This document shows positions 12,877-29,269 of a stretch of DNA of 64,000 nt, piece by piece. How positions within the stretch are numbered: the stretch's first letter is position 1; the number at the start of each line of letters is the position of its first letter. Both the position numbers and the translations under genes were made by a program. This DNA comes from the human T2T-CHM13v2.0 reference genome, Homo sapiens. The notes beneath the pieces were generated by a model, which was not told the origin of the DNA, did no database searches, and was given only the letters and a program-made list of their open reading frames with translations. Location: the NCBI RefSeq assembly GCF_009914755.1, contig NC_060936.1; one strand, 5' to 3'.

Positions 12877-14934
12877 TAGATACTGATGTTCCTATACACT
12901 TATTTCTTATGTCGAATAGTGCAATTCAAATTCTATTCTTGAAGCTTAAAGATAACATTGGAGCTGGCCCAAACTAGTAAAATATATGATTGTGAATGGA
13001 GTTTATCAAAATGTAGACACAGTAAATATCCTAAAGCTTTAAATCTACTTCTGAAACAATGACAAGCAGGCATTTTGCCAGTGCTAATTTGCTTTACTCT
13101 ATTGATTCAAGCTTTATTGGGCATTCTATTGTCTCTTCTAGGGAAGGCATCAGTGGAATACAGAACAGTGAAGGCTTATTCAAGATAATGTTATACTCAT
13201 GAATCACGCCACCTAATACCTGCACTGCTTAGACATGCAGAACATAAAGCGTCTTCTCAAGATATCTCAGTAAAAGATATCTCTTCTTATATACAAAAGT
13301 GGAACTTGTTTTGTGCAATCACTTCTTGGTACAGTTACAATAGAAAATTCTCAGATGTACTCCACTACTTTAAATAGATTCCTGCATCATTGAAAAAAAT
13401 TTTCCAAGTCAACATAGTCTTAAAAACTAGTCAATCTTTTCTTTAACATCTTGAATGAATAAAAGCTCACTCCCCTTATTACTACTTATTGCTGCCTCTC
13501 TGTCTCTAATTGCTCACCCTCTTTGAGCACATTACTGAGTGAGGATAAAAAAGCATGCATTTTTTTTGTGTAGTAAAGTCATCAGAATATTATATGTTCA
13601 AGGGAGAAGAAGAAATTTTTGAAGACAAATGGAATGGTGATCTCATTTTTCATCCCTATTATAGGCTAAGCATAACAGTCATGGTGTGACTATGGCTGTC
13701 TGAGCAACTGATTTACATTTCTCCTTTACTGCATTTCTTGCCCTGGTTGAATGACATAATGGGTATTTGTCTAACTCATTGTTCTCGGGAGAGTTGGCTT
13801 CTTATTTTCTGTGCAGTTAGAAACACCAAATCTTGTTTTTATACATTAATATCATCTACTAGGTGTCAATACAAAGCCTTTAAATATAGGGCTTTGCAGA
13901 AGAGGGATTTAGATTCATGGTTTCTAGAGTTTCGAAGAGGATAACCCTATGTATGCAGTTCAAAAATTTACATTTGTTTCCTGACACAGGTATTGATCAT
14001 GATTTTCTATTTTGGTAAACTTTAGATATGAAGGTAAAATAAGCTGACATCTAGCTTCTTTGTGTGTTTGAAAAATGGCTTAAATGAGGGAGGTCTGTTG
14101 GTTACTGCAGCAGAGTGAATAGAACAGCAGGATAGCACAGAAGCTGAAAAAATGTTCTCATAGCATCTCAGTGGGGTTGAAAATAGGTACTACTCTTTTA
14201 TCAAAAAAGAAAATAGGACATCATAAAGTTCATGATATCCACTTAGAGTTATCTATTATTATGCTTTAATATCTTAAAATGTAAAATTTGTAAATAGATC
14301 ACTAAACAGGTGAAACATTTAAAGCTATTCCCTTTTCTTCTTTATTAAAGAGATCAAACCTAAAATAAAAAATAAAAAATAATAATAAAAGAAGAGATGA
14401 GCCACTGCTCTTCTTCTTGCTGGGTGAGTCATTTTACCTGAAGGACAGCCTTGCTTTGGTTCTTAACTGTTTTGTTAGGTCTTCCTCTTACTGATGGAAG
14501 ATGCTCCCTTGTGATAAGCAGGGTTAACTGTAAACTTAATTAAAAACCAAAAGTAAACTGTAGATTTATCTTTAATCAAACCATAGGGCAACTTTGACTA
14601 ATCTATTTTTACCAGGCAGTACCTTTAGGCTAAAAGTAGGGACAGCCAGTATAATGGCTAAATACTGAAGAGGAGTGGAAAACATGGGAAGAAAAATCTG
14701 AAAATTCACTAATCGGTGGTATAATTGTGAAAGACAGGCTTTTAGGATCACATGGTGTTAGAACCAGGTCACTTAGTTCAACCCACTGATTGTATAGAAG
14801 TAAACCCTGATCCCAGAGAGATGAAGTGGTACCCACTCAAATGTAAATGGGCTGGCCATTGGAGGCTGGGGATGTAGGGCACTGACCTCTTCTCAGGTCC
14901 AGCTTGTTGCTGGTAGGAAGCAAAATGGGACCAG

Positions 14935-15080
14935 TACTACCAGTCTTCAAAGGAAGGCATAAATCTAGATGTTAATGTAAAATTTTCCAATTTTAAAATT
15001 TTGACAAGTACATAATTCAAAAATTTTGAAACAGTAAGTCATACAATATATCTGTGGGTCTCAAGCTTGTAACTTTTGGG
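14935..15080. mobile_element. hAT-Charlie fragment (MER103C-like)
   Basis: AAATCTAGATGTTAATGTAAAATTTTCCAATTTTAAAATTTTGACAA resembles recalled consensus. Confidence 0.4.
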
Positions 15081-15154
15081 TGAAAACATGTGACATAGTC
15101 CATAAAATTCTTCTTTAATAACTATAACCATAAAATAAGAGTTTTACAAAATTA

Positions 15155-16546
15155 TAACTACAGTAACCAACATAGCATGGGACGGCTACAAAAACAGACA
15201 CATACATCAATGGAACAGAATAGAGACCCAAGGAATAATGCCACACATCTACAATTATCTGATCTTCAACAAAATCAGCAATAACAAGCAATGGGGAAAT
15301 GACTCCCTATTCCATAAATGATACTAGGATAAATGGTTAGCAATATGCAGAAGATTGAAACTGGACCCCTTTCCTACACCATACACAAAAATCAATTCAA
15401 GATGGATTAAAGACTTAAAAATGAAACCTAAAATTATAAAAACCCTGAAATGTAAGGTAGGGAATACCATTCTTGACATAGGCCCTGGCAAAGATTTCAT
15501 GATGACACCCAATGCAATTGCAACACAAAAAGTCTACAAATGGGACTAATTAAACTAAAGAGCTTCTGCACAGCAAAATAAACTATCAACAGAGTAAACA
15601 GAAAACCTACAGAATGGGAGAAAATATTTGCAAACTATGCATCTGACAAAGGTCTAATATCTAGCACTTATAAGGAACTTAAACAACTTAACAAGCAAAA
15701 AGCAAACGACCCCAGTAAAAAGTGGGCAAAAGATGTGAACAGTTTTTGAAAGAAGACACATGTGGCCAAAAAGCATATGAAAAAATGTTCAGCATCACCA
15801 ATCATTGGAGAAATGCAAATCAAAACCACCATGAGATACCATCTCACACCAGTCAGAATAGCTATTAATAACAAGTCCAAAATTAACAGATGCTGGTGAA
15901 GTTGCAGAGAAAAGGGAACACTTATACACTGCTGGTGGGAATGTAAGTTAGTTCAGCCATTGTGGAAAGCAGCTTGGCCATTTCTCAAATGACTTAAAAC
16001 AATTACAATTTGACTCAGAGATCCCACTATTGGGTATATACCCAAGGAAATATAAATCATCCTACCATAAAAACACATGCACACGTATGTTCATCACAGT
16101 CCTGTTCACAATAGCAAACATACAGAATCAACCTAAATGCCCATTAACGGTGGGCTGGATAAAGAAAATGTTCTACGTATACACCATGGTATAATGCAGC
16201 CATAAAAAAAAACAAGATTATGTTTTTCACAGTAATGTGGATGGAGCTGGAGGCTATGATTCTAAGTGGACTAATGCAGGAACAGAAAACCAAATACTGC
16301 GTGTTCTCACTTTTAAGTGGGACCTAAACAATGAGAACACATGGACACAAGGAAGAGGACAACAGACGCCAAGGCCTACTTGAGGGTGAAGGGTGGGAGA
16401 AAGAAGAGGATTAAAAAACTACCTGTTGAGCATTATGCTTATTATGTGCTAATGAAGTAATCTGTACACCATACTCCCATGACACATAATTCACCTATAT
16501 AACAAACCCTCACATATACCCCTGAACCTAAAATAAATGTTAAAAA
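15155..16546 (+). mobile_element. 5'-truncated L1PA15/16-like
   Basis: ORF 15355-15549 [20 protein letters not shown] (ORF2 homology); 3' end AACCTAAAATAAATGTTAAAAA. Confidence 0.9.
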
Positions 16547-17009
16547 TGTTATCATTCAATGAATAGTTGTTGAGTACTTTCTGGGTGACTTACAGTTTCA
16601 TTTGATGCTGTGGTGGATATGGAAGAAATAATTTCACTTATGTCTTCCAAAAGATTATAATTTGGCTAGACAGAAGAACCCAAGTATTCACAAAACAACC
16701 AGAAGACAAAAATGCTTCACGACTTTGAGATGAGTAATCATGTTGCCTACACTTTAGAAAAAGGAGAGTGATTCACTAAATGCTCAGTGATTTTATGGAT
16801 GCCATATTTAGAAGCATAAACTGTGAAGGTCTAACTCGCTGTACTCTCTACAATATGTGTGTACACTCAGTACCCAGTCTGGATACCAAGGGTTGGTCCT
16901 TTCTAGTTTCTATGTTTCATACCCATAAATCAAGAGGTCTAGACTCGTATTCAGCTCTCTCACAAAATGAGACTTCAGAGGTTTTGTCTCCTAAACCTGT
17001 CTTCTTCCT

Positions 17010-17465
17010 GTATTATTTAGGATGCTTTCTTACTCAAGTAATGAAAAGTTCAACCTGAGCTGGCTTCAACTATAAGGACACTTATTACATAACATCCTCA
17101 TTGGGGATGGTATGGGGGAGAACAGAGGTTGTTTGATTCAGCAGATCAGTGATGTTGCCAAAGTCCTATTTTTTCCCACTATTTTGTTTTTTCATCCTCA
17201 TTGGCTTTGCCCTCATACTGGCCTCCCTCGTTTTCATGAGGTGTCTGCTGAAGGGCGTGTGCCCTTCTGGACGTCACATCCAAACTGTGTTCAGAGGAAG
17301 AAAGGGGCTGTTTCCTTCTGTGTCTCTGTCTTATGAGTGAGGAAACCTCTCATGGAAGCTCTCTGAAATATTTTGTCGCAAGTCTTAGTGGTGAGGATGG
17401 AATCACAAATCTATTCCTAAGCTAAACATCAGTGAGTGGAACGAGATTATCATAAAAGGCTCAGG
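17010..17465 (-). mobile_element. Old MaLR LTR (MLT1K/L-like)
   Basis: Degenerate MLT1-type motifs. Confidence 0.4.
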
Positions 17466-17466
17466 C

Positions 17467-17878
17467 CAGTAATTCTCAACAGGATGGACTAGTGCCTCAG
17501 GTAGGATGATTCCAATCTTTGTTTTGTGTGACTGTTTCATACATCTCAGGATGTGTATCATAGTGAGTGAAAAATACCAGTAATACCTCTCGATCACCAA
17601 AAACTGATAACTTTTAGTGAAAAAAAAAGATGATGAAAGGAAGACCAGTAGTGACCTCTCAGTCACTAAAAACTGTAATTCTCAACAGGGTTGTATTGAT
17701 GTTTCAGGTAGGATGATTCCAATCTTTGTTTTTGTGAGACTGTCCCATCCATCTCTGAATGTGTATCATACTGAGTGAAAAATACCAGTAATACCTCTCA
17801 GCAACTGAAAACTCTCCTGCCCAACATTTCGCAATAACTCCCAAGGGGGAGGGAGCATGCCCTGTTGAGGACAACTGG
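17467..17878 (-). mobile_element. MER117-like hAT MITE with local partial duplication
   Basis: TIR-like C(A/T)GTAATTCTCAACAGG at 17467 and 17673; CCTGTTGAGGACAACTG at the end. Confidence 0.6.
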
Positions 17879-18222
17879 CTTCAATTGGTCATGTCGAAGG
17901 AATGAATTGAGGGAATTAATCACAAAGTCAATGATACTCTTCCCAATGGGTCTGTTTCCCCATTTCAGCATCATCATCTTTGTTATGTAAGTCAGAACCT
18001 CAAGTGGCATCCTACACATGTGCTTCTTTCCCACTTATAACATCTGATAGTGACGAAGTCTGCTAAAATATACTTTAACTCTCTTTATCTCTCTTGATCG
18101 CCTTGGTCATCACAATAGTCCAGGTCACTATTATCTCTAGCTCAGACAATTGTTAAGAGTTTCCTAACTGGTATCCCTGCTTATATTCTTGCCCCTTATT
18201 CTCCCAATAGCAACCAACATGA

Positions 18223-18521
18223 TTTTATTTTTATTAATTTATTTTATTTTGAGACAGGGTTTCACTCTGTCACCCAGGCTAGAGTGCAGTGATGTGATCA
18301 CACTGCAACCTCCACCTCCTTGGCTCATGTGATCCTCCTACCTCAGCCTCCCAAGTGGCTGGGACTACAGGCATGTGCCACCACGTCCTGTTAATTTTTG
18401 TATTTTTTGAAGAGTCAAGGTTTTGCCATGTTGCCCAGGCTGGTCTCGAACTCCTGGACTCATCACCTGCCTCAGCCTCCCAAAGTGCTGGGATTACAGG
18501 CATGATCCACCACGCCCACCC
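18223..18521 (-). mobile_element. Alu (AluJ-like)
   Basis: Dimeric Alu; TSD-like AA(C/T)ATGATTTT. Confidence 0.95.
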
Positions 18522-18656
18522 AGTGAATATGATTTTAAAATATATTCAGTAAATCTAACTTCATTAAAAATTATTGAGTGAATTTCCATCTAGCTTAATA
18601 ATTATCTGTTTACTTTCTCTGCCCCCTCACTTAAGCCTCGTGAGCAGTCATGTATT

Positions 18657-19126
18657 TGTAGTAGATTATATTATTTTCCCAAACACTTCTCTTCCTCCTG
18701 TGTGAGAATTATACATCCATGTCTTCTGCCATGTGACTTTTCAGCTCCTCCCACTGGAGTAGGAACATCATATTTCCTTGTTGTACTGATGTTGGGCTTG
18801 GCCACATGCCTTCCTCTGGCCAATGTGAAGTAGGTGGAGGTGAGTGTTTCCATAATGTGCCATGAGAGACATGGTGTATTTCCACTTGCCCGTCTTGTGG
18901 TCGTCTGTGTGAAGATTGTGCTATAGGTAGCTTCTGATCTTTGAATGAAAACATTTGGTGCACACCAGAACCCAATACAACCTGGACTCAGGCCCAATTG
19001 CACTCCAGCTGAAGTCTTGGCAATCTGCAGACCTGTGAGCAAGAAAAAGAAGTATCTGCTGTTTTAAGTCACTGAGATTTCGAAGTTTTTTCTTATGCAG
19101 AATTATTGCAGTAATAGTTAAGTAAT
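18657..19126 (+). mobile_element. MaLR LTR (MLT1H/J-like)
   Basis: GGCCACATG..CTGGCCAATG; GTTTTAAGTCACTGAGATTT end. Confidence 0.65.
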
Positions 19127-19614
19127 TATTGTTAGTAATAATAACAACAGTTGAATAATCTTATTCAGAGTTTCAGGATAGTACATTGGCATACAAGGTA
19201 TTAAATAAATTTTTTTTAGTAAATAAAAATACACTTGGTAAAACCAATTTTATGATAGGTGACTACATTTGAACTTATTTGAACTGTTTCTTCCTATTTG
19301 CTCTTGAATGAGGCCATGTCAGATTTCTCTAAAAATGTTACACTGTGGATCATATTGATCCTTTGGAAAATGGGAATTCTAAGACTTTCTTGAATGAAAG
19401 TTCACATTTTCAGGTCTGCAATTCCAGGGTCAATTATATAAGGGGTATAGCTTCATTAGGGGCTGTGCAGAAGCATGGGAATTGAGTTGTTCCACATAAA
19501 ACTCCTCATCTTGAAGTTCTGCCACTCAGTATGCCTGTTTCCTACCATAAACTGTATACCCCAGTCCTGACTTTGGTAGATACCTCTATATTCTGGCTTT
19601 AAAGATGATAGAAT

Positions 19615-19903
19615 GACAGATGTGGTGGCTCCTACTTGTAATCCCAGCACTTTGGGAGGCCAAATTGGTAGTTTTGCTTGAGCCAGGAGTTTGAGACCAG
19701 TCTGAACAACACGGCAAGACTCCATCTCTACAAAAAAAAAAAAATTAACTGGGTGTGGTGGCACATGCCTGTAGTCCTAGCTACTCAGGAGGCTGAGGCA
19801 GGACGATTGCTTGAGCCCAGAAAGTTGAGGCTGTAGTGAGCCATGTTAGTGCCACTGTACTCTAGCTTGGGTGACAGAGTGAGACCCTGTCTCAAAAAAA
19901 AAA
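19615..19903 (+). mobile_element. Alu (AluJ-like)
   Basis: Dimeric Alu; TSD AAAGATGAT(A/G)GAA. Confidence 0.95.
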
Positions 19904-20361
19904 AGATGATGGAAGGAAGGCCAATCATACACTCAATCAACAAGCATATTATTAAAGATGTACTTACTAAGTGTAAACTGTGTGCCCATGTCTGGGCAGG
20001 ATGTTCAATGGGAAGTGATATGAAATGCTACCTCTGCCCTTAAAGAGCTTACAAATCTCATGAATGATAAGCCCTATACCAAGGTACAATGCAAAACAGT
20101 TTACTTGCAAAATAAAACCATAGTTTTTTCATTTGGGTATAGCTTTTTACATTGCATAATTCTCATTATACCAATGCTGGTGACTTTGTTTAACAGGGCC
20201 CACTGTGCTGATGGCTGTCTTGTAGACGGTATCAAAGGGATTTCCTTATTTAATGTTTACGGTGATGATTGCAGATGGGGTTCTCTGCTTCAATGAGGCT
20301 GCTGGGAATTTTGTTCAAATGGCTTCACTCAGGCATACTTATTTTCTGATTGAAGGATCAA

Positions 20362-20450
20362 GGGAAACTTAGCCTAGAGGACAGAAGACAAAGGGGGCAT
20401 GATAGCTATCAAGTATTTGAAAACGTGTCATATGGAAGAAGGATTGAATA
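20362..20450 (+). mobile_element. L3/CR1 fragment
   Basis: AGCCTAGAGGACAGAAGAC..CATGATAGCTATCAAGTATTTGAA..TGTCATATGGAAGAAGGATT resembles the CR1 3' region. Confidence 0.45.
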
Positions 20451-22688
20451 TGAGGTAGGGATACCAGACTGAGAGTAAGTTGTGTGCATCATAGGATTCA
20501 GCATTTTTCAGGATGCCTGGAGGACTTTATGGAGGGGGAAGTGGAGGATACTGTTCAGTGTTCATTTGTAAGAGTATAATCATGGTTTTCACTCCTCTCT
20601 GCCCTTGGTTTGGGGTACACAAATGTCCTGAGTTTGGCCCTAAAGTCCTGGACTTTCTTTCTCATCCTTTGACAGGTAGAGCTACAGCTGTGATGTACAA
20701 CTCCTTCCCTCCCTGTTAGGTGTTGATGGGAAGAAGCATATTCTCCAGGAGAGATAACGATGGGGTGTGCTGCAGGAGGTGACTAGGGAATTCGTGTGAG
20801 TGGCAGAGCAGAAGGCTGAGTCCCTTTTTCTAAACCAAGGCACAGGGAGGGTCCTCTGGGCTGTCCTCAGCAGGGGGTCACTACAGAATCGTCTTATTTG
20901 TGGCAGTTGCAGTCCTTCCCACTGTTCATGCCTGCACATTTCCCATGCCCTGGGTGAATCCCAGAACTGGTCTCAGATTGTCTGCTGCCTCTCAGATCAA
21001 GAGCACCACTCCTTCTCCTTCTTCCCATCTTCTTCCCTGGGTAGCACCTTGCCACTGCTGAGTGACACTAACTCATCCCACTCCTCTTTAACAATTGTGC
21101 TGTTTATCAGAAAAACTACAGAGATTAGAAACCACACAAAGCCTTACTTACTCTTCCCTTGTTGGGGAAACATCTTACAGGTTTCTCATAGTTGCAAGAA
21201 ATTTCTGATGATTTATTTCTAAGCAGGGAAAACAAAATAGAAGCTAAGTCTTTATCTGGAACTCTGCCTCCCACATGAGGATTTCGGGTGCTTTGGGGAA
21301 AAATTCATCCCCCGAGAAGATAATTGAGTTATTGACATTTTCTTAAGGGTAACAGGATATGGCTGGAAAGAATTAGATGGGAGGCTTAACAAGACGAATT
21401 GTAAGGCCCATAGTTTAATGAATTAGCTGAGATTCTGTATGGATTGTTCTGTGACTCAACCTCTACAGGTTTATAATCTTCATACTCAGTCCCTTAGGGA
21501 TGGAAACCAAAAGCATGAACTACTAGAGAAAGACTAGAAAACTACTTGAGTTATACTGTCAACATCTTTGGTGTAAGAGGCTTCTACACGAGGTGAAGAG
21601 GTGCTGAGAGCTTTGACAGAGGCGAGTGTAAGACCCTCAGAGCAGACACCACAGTGTTGGCCGTCATATATGAACAACCTGGCACTGACACCAGTGGGCA
21701 ATTGCTGAGGTAACCTTGGCTCTGTTGCATCTAAGCAGTGATGTCACTGTTAGTGTGGACCCTAAACAGAGCTGCTGCTTTTGGGCAGTATTAACGGATG
21801 TAATTATAGTCAATTGAAGCATGAAAGGAAGAAAATGCCGTGTGCCACAAAGTGGCAAAGAGGACTGATCCATGGAGTCTGTTTGATGTCTCTCTGGGGA
21901 ATCCAGGGGGAATTTGAGGCTTTTAGATTTCCTGTGGGATGCAGCTAGAGTCAAAGAAAAACTGGTTAGAGACAGGCTAGTGTGGCTTAGGATGTATGAA
22001 CTGCAGACTTACTCTGTTTAGCCTAACAAGAGAGTTAGTGTCACTAGTTTAGATGAGAAAGATGTTCTGATGACTAGGTCTATCCTGGTATGAAAAAAGG
22101 CTGCCTTAAAAATAGTGTTTCTTTTATTCTTGCATTTTATTTTGGATTAGTGAAGAAGTGAAGAGAATTGGATTAATCACAACCTTTTGTTCATGATACC
22201 CACACCAGCATTCTAGTGCACAGCCATAATTAATTAACTAATTAATTAAACATAAACAAGATCTGAGCTTGTAGTTACTCCAGATCCCAAAAATGGAAGC
22301 CTGACAAAAGTTTTTTTTTTTTTTTAATCACAGGAATGGTTCAAATAAAAGATAGCTGAGTACTCTCAGAGATATTTTAGAGAGTGGGTTCTTGAATTAA
22401 ATGGGACACTAAAGATGATCTCTAAGAGATTTCTTTTTTAATTTCAGATTTTCTGGGTGACATTTAGTCATGTGGATGGAGGAGGTGCTACTTTTCAACA
22501 CAATAGGTATATTTCTTATGAGAATGTCTATAAACTGAAAAAATTTGCTGTATGAAAGGACCATTGTGAATATGAATTTACCCCCAGAAACATAGGTGTG
22601 TGCTCTACAAGTAATTAGACAACAAAATCATACTATTTAGGTTTTTCATGGAAGACAAAAATTGAATTCTCCATAAAAGTGACTTGTC

Positions 22689-22988
22689 GGTTGGGCATGG
22701 TGGCTCATGCCTGTAATCCCAGCACTTTGGGAGGCCGAGGCGGGTGGATCATGAGGTCAGGAGATCAAGACCATCCTGGCTAACACGGTGAAACCCCATC
22801 TCTACTAAAAATACAAAAAATTAGCCGGGCGTGGTGGCAGACGCCTGTAGTCCCAGCTACTCAAGAGGCTGAGTCAGGAGAATGGTGTGAACCTGGGAGG
22901 CAGAGCTTGCAGTGAGCCGAGATCACGCCACTGCACTCCAGCCTGGGTGACAGAGCGAGACTCAGTCTCAAAAAAAGAAAAAAAAAAA
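22689..22988 (+). mobile_element. AluY
   Basis: Diagnostic GAGATCAAGACCATCCTGGCTAACACGG and GAGCTTGCAG; TSD AAAAG(T/G)GACTTGTC. Confidence 0.95.
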
Positions 22989-23027
22989 GGGACTTGTCTA
23001 ATTTTGAAAAGAATTTTAGGTTAGCTT

Positions 23028-23043
23028 TTCTCCATGATTTTTC
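23028..23043. repeat. Left copy of the 16-bp L1 TSD (TTCTCCATGATTTTTC)
   Basis: Identical to 29270-29285. Confidence 0.95.
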
Positions 23044-23183
23044 TTTTTCTTTTTTTTTTATAGGTGATGATATAAATCAAACTTGAAAGATTTATTTTTA
23101 AATAAACATTTGTATAGAATCATATCATCAATGAAGACAGAGAATCTGACTTCTTCTTCTCCTATTTGGATGCCTTCTATTTC
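23044..23183 (-). other. L1 3'-transduced segment (~124 bp) plus second poly(A) tail
   Basis: Lies between the L1's own tail (23184-23237) and the TSD; AATAAA at 23091-23096 (minus), ~30 nt before the A-tail at 23044-23059. Confidence 0.9.
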
Positions 23184-23446
23184 TTTTTTTGTTTGTTTGT
23201 TTGTTTGTTTGTTTTGTTTTTTGTTTTTTGTTTTTTTATTATACTTTAAGTTTTAGGGTACATGTGCACAATGTGCAGGTTAGTTACATATGTATGTATA
23301 CATGTGCCATGCTGGTGCGCTGCACCCACTAACTCGTCATCTAGCATTAGGTATATCTCCCAATGCTATCCCTCCCCCCTCCCCCCACCCCACCACAGTC
23401 CCCAGAGTGTGATATTCCCCTTCCTGTGTCCATGTGATCTCATTGT

Positions 23447-27301
<3,855 letters not shown>

Positions 27302-27337
27302 TTAGTTGATGCAGTTTCTTCCTAGTCTCGATGGTCT

Positions 27338-28354
27338 TTACATTTTGGCATGATTTTGCAGCGGCTGGTACCGGTTGTTCCTTTCCATGTTTAGCGCTTC
27401 CTTCAGGAGCTCTTTTAGGGCAGGCCTAGTGGTGACAAAATCTCTCAGCATTTGCTTGTCTGTGAAGTATTTTATTTCTCCTTCACTTATGAAGCTTAGT
27501 TTGGCTGGATATGAAATTCTGGGTTGAAAATTCTTTTCTTTAAGAATGTTGAATATTGACCCCCACTCTCTTCTGGCTTGTAGGGTTTCTGCCGAGAGAT
27601 CCGCTGTTAGTCTGATGGGCTTCCCTTTGAGGGTAACCCGACCTTTCTCTCTGGCTGCCCTTAACATTTTTTCCTTCATTTCAACTTTGGTGAATCTGAC
27701 AATTATGTGTCTTGGAGTTGCTCTTCTTGAGGAGTATCTTTGTGGCGTTCTCTGTATTTCCTGAATCTGAACGTTGGCCTACCTTGCTAGATTGGGGAAG
27801 TTCTCCTGGATAACATCCTGCAGAGTGTTTTCCAACTTGGTTCCATTCTCCCTATCACTTTCAGGTACACCAATCAGACGTAGATTTGGTCTTTTCACAT
27901 AGTCCCATATTTCTTGGAGGCTTTGCTCATTTCTTTTTATTCTTTTTTCTCTAACCTTCCCTTCTCGCTTCATTTCATTCATTTCATCTTCCATTGCTGA
28001 TACCCTTTCTTCCAGTTGATCGCATCAGCTCCTGAGGCTTCTGCATTCTTCACGTAGTTCTCGAGCCTTGGTTTTCAGCTCCATCAGCTCCTTTAAGCAC
28101 TTCTCTGTATTGGTTATTCTAGTTATACATTCTTCTAAATTTTTTTCAAAGTTTTCAACTTCTTTGCCTTTGGTTTGAATGTCCTCCCGTAGCTCAGAGT
28201 AATTTGATCGTCTGAAGCCTTCTTCTCTCAGCTCGTCAAAGTCATTCTCCATCCAGCTTTGTTCCGTTGCTGGTGAGGAACTGCGTTCCTTTGGAGGAGG
28301 AGAGGCACTCTGCATTTTAGAGTTTCCAGTTTTTCTGTTCTGTTTTTTCCCCAT
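27338..28354 (-). pseudogene. ORF1: L1 ORF1 with two in-frame nonsense codons (R110*, Q192*)
   Basis: Three ORF pieces in one frame spanning 339 codons; TGA at 28025-28027, TAG at 27779-27781. Confidence 0.95.
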
Positions 28355-29267
28355 CTTTGTGGTTTTATCTACTTTTGGTCTTTGATGGTGGTGATGTACA
28401 GATGGGTTTTCGGTGTGGATGTCCTTTCTGTTTGTTAGTTTTCCTTCTAACAGACAGGACCCTCAGCTGCAGGTCTGTTGGAATACCCTGCCGCGTGAGG
28501 TGTCAGTCTGCCCCTGCTGGGGGGTGCCTCCCAGTTAGGCTGCTCGGGGGTCGGGGGTCAGGGGTCAGGGACCCACTTGAGGAGGCAGTCTGCCCGTTCT
28601 CAGATCTCCAGCTGTGTGCTGGGAGAACCACTGCTCTCTTTAAAGCTGTCAGACAGGGACACTTAAGTCTGCAGAGGTTACTGCTGTCTTTTTGTTTGTC
28701 TGTGCCCTGCCCGCAGAGGTGGAGCCTACAGAGGCAGGCAGGCCTCCTTGAGCTGTGGTGGGCTCCACCCAGTTCGAGCTTCCTGGCTGCTTTGTTTACC
28801 TAAGCAAGCCTGGGCAATGGCGGGCGCCCCTCCCCCAGCCTCGCTGCCGCCTTGCAGTTTGATCTCAGACTGCTGTACTAGAAATCAGCTAGACTCTGTG
28901 GGCGTAGGACCCTCCGAGCCAGGTGTGGGATATAATCTCATGGTTCGCCGCTTTTTAAGCCGGTCTGAAAAGCGCAATATTCGGGTGGGAGTGACCCGAT
29001 TTTCCAGGTGCGTCCGTCACCCCTTTCTTTGACTCAGAAAGGGAACTCCCTGACCCCTCGCGCTTCCCAGGTGAGGCAATGCCTTGCCCTGCTTCGGCTC
29101 GCGCACGGTGCGCGCACCCACTGGCCTGCGCCCACTGTCTGGCACTCCCTAGTGAGAGAAACCCGGTACCTCAGATGGAAATGCAGAAATCACCCGTCTT
29201 CTGCGTCGCTCACGCTGGGAGCTATAGACTGGAGCTGTTCCTATTCGGCCATCTTGGCTCCTCCCCC
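28355..29267 (-). promoter_or_regulatory. L1 5' UTR: internal sense promoter (YY1 site CAAGATGGCCG) and antisense promoter, CpG-rich
   Basis: YY1 motif at ~29246-29256; many CpGs retained at 28820-29250. Confidence 0.85.
28817..29032 (+). CDS. ORF0: L1 antisense ORF0, open 71 aa
   Basis: MAGAPPPASLPPCSLISDCC...RFSRCVRHPFL; Kozak GCAATGG. Confidence 0.85.
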   Translation: MAGAPPPASLPPCSLISDCCTRNQLDSVGVGPSEPGVGYNLMVRRFLSRSEKRNIRVGVTRFSRCVRHPFL

Positions 29268-29269
29268 GC

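Noticed and set aside
20682-21222. 140-aa and 85-aa ORFs in non-repeat DNA
   Set aside because: The longer ORF has a non-ATG start and Ser/Leu-rich composition; neither has a recognisable domain
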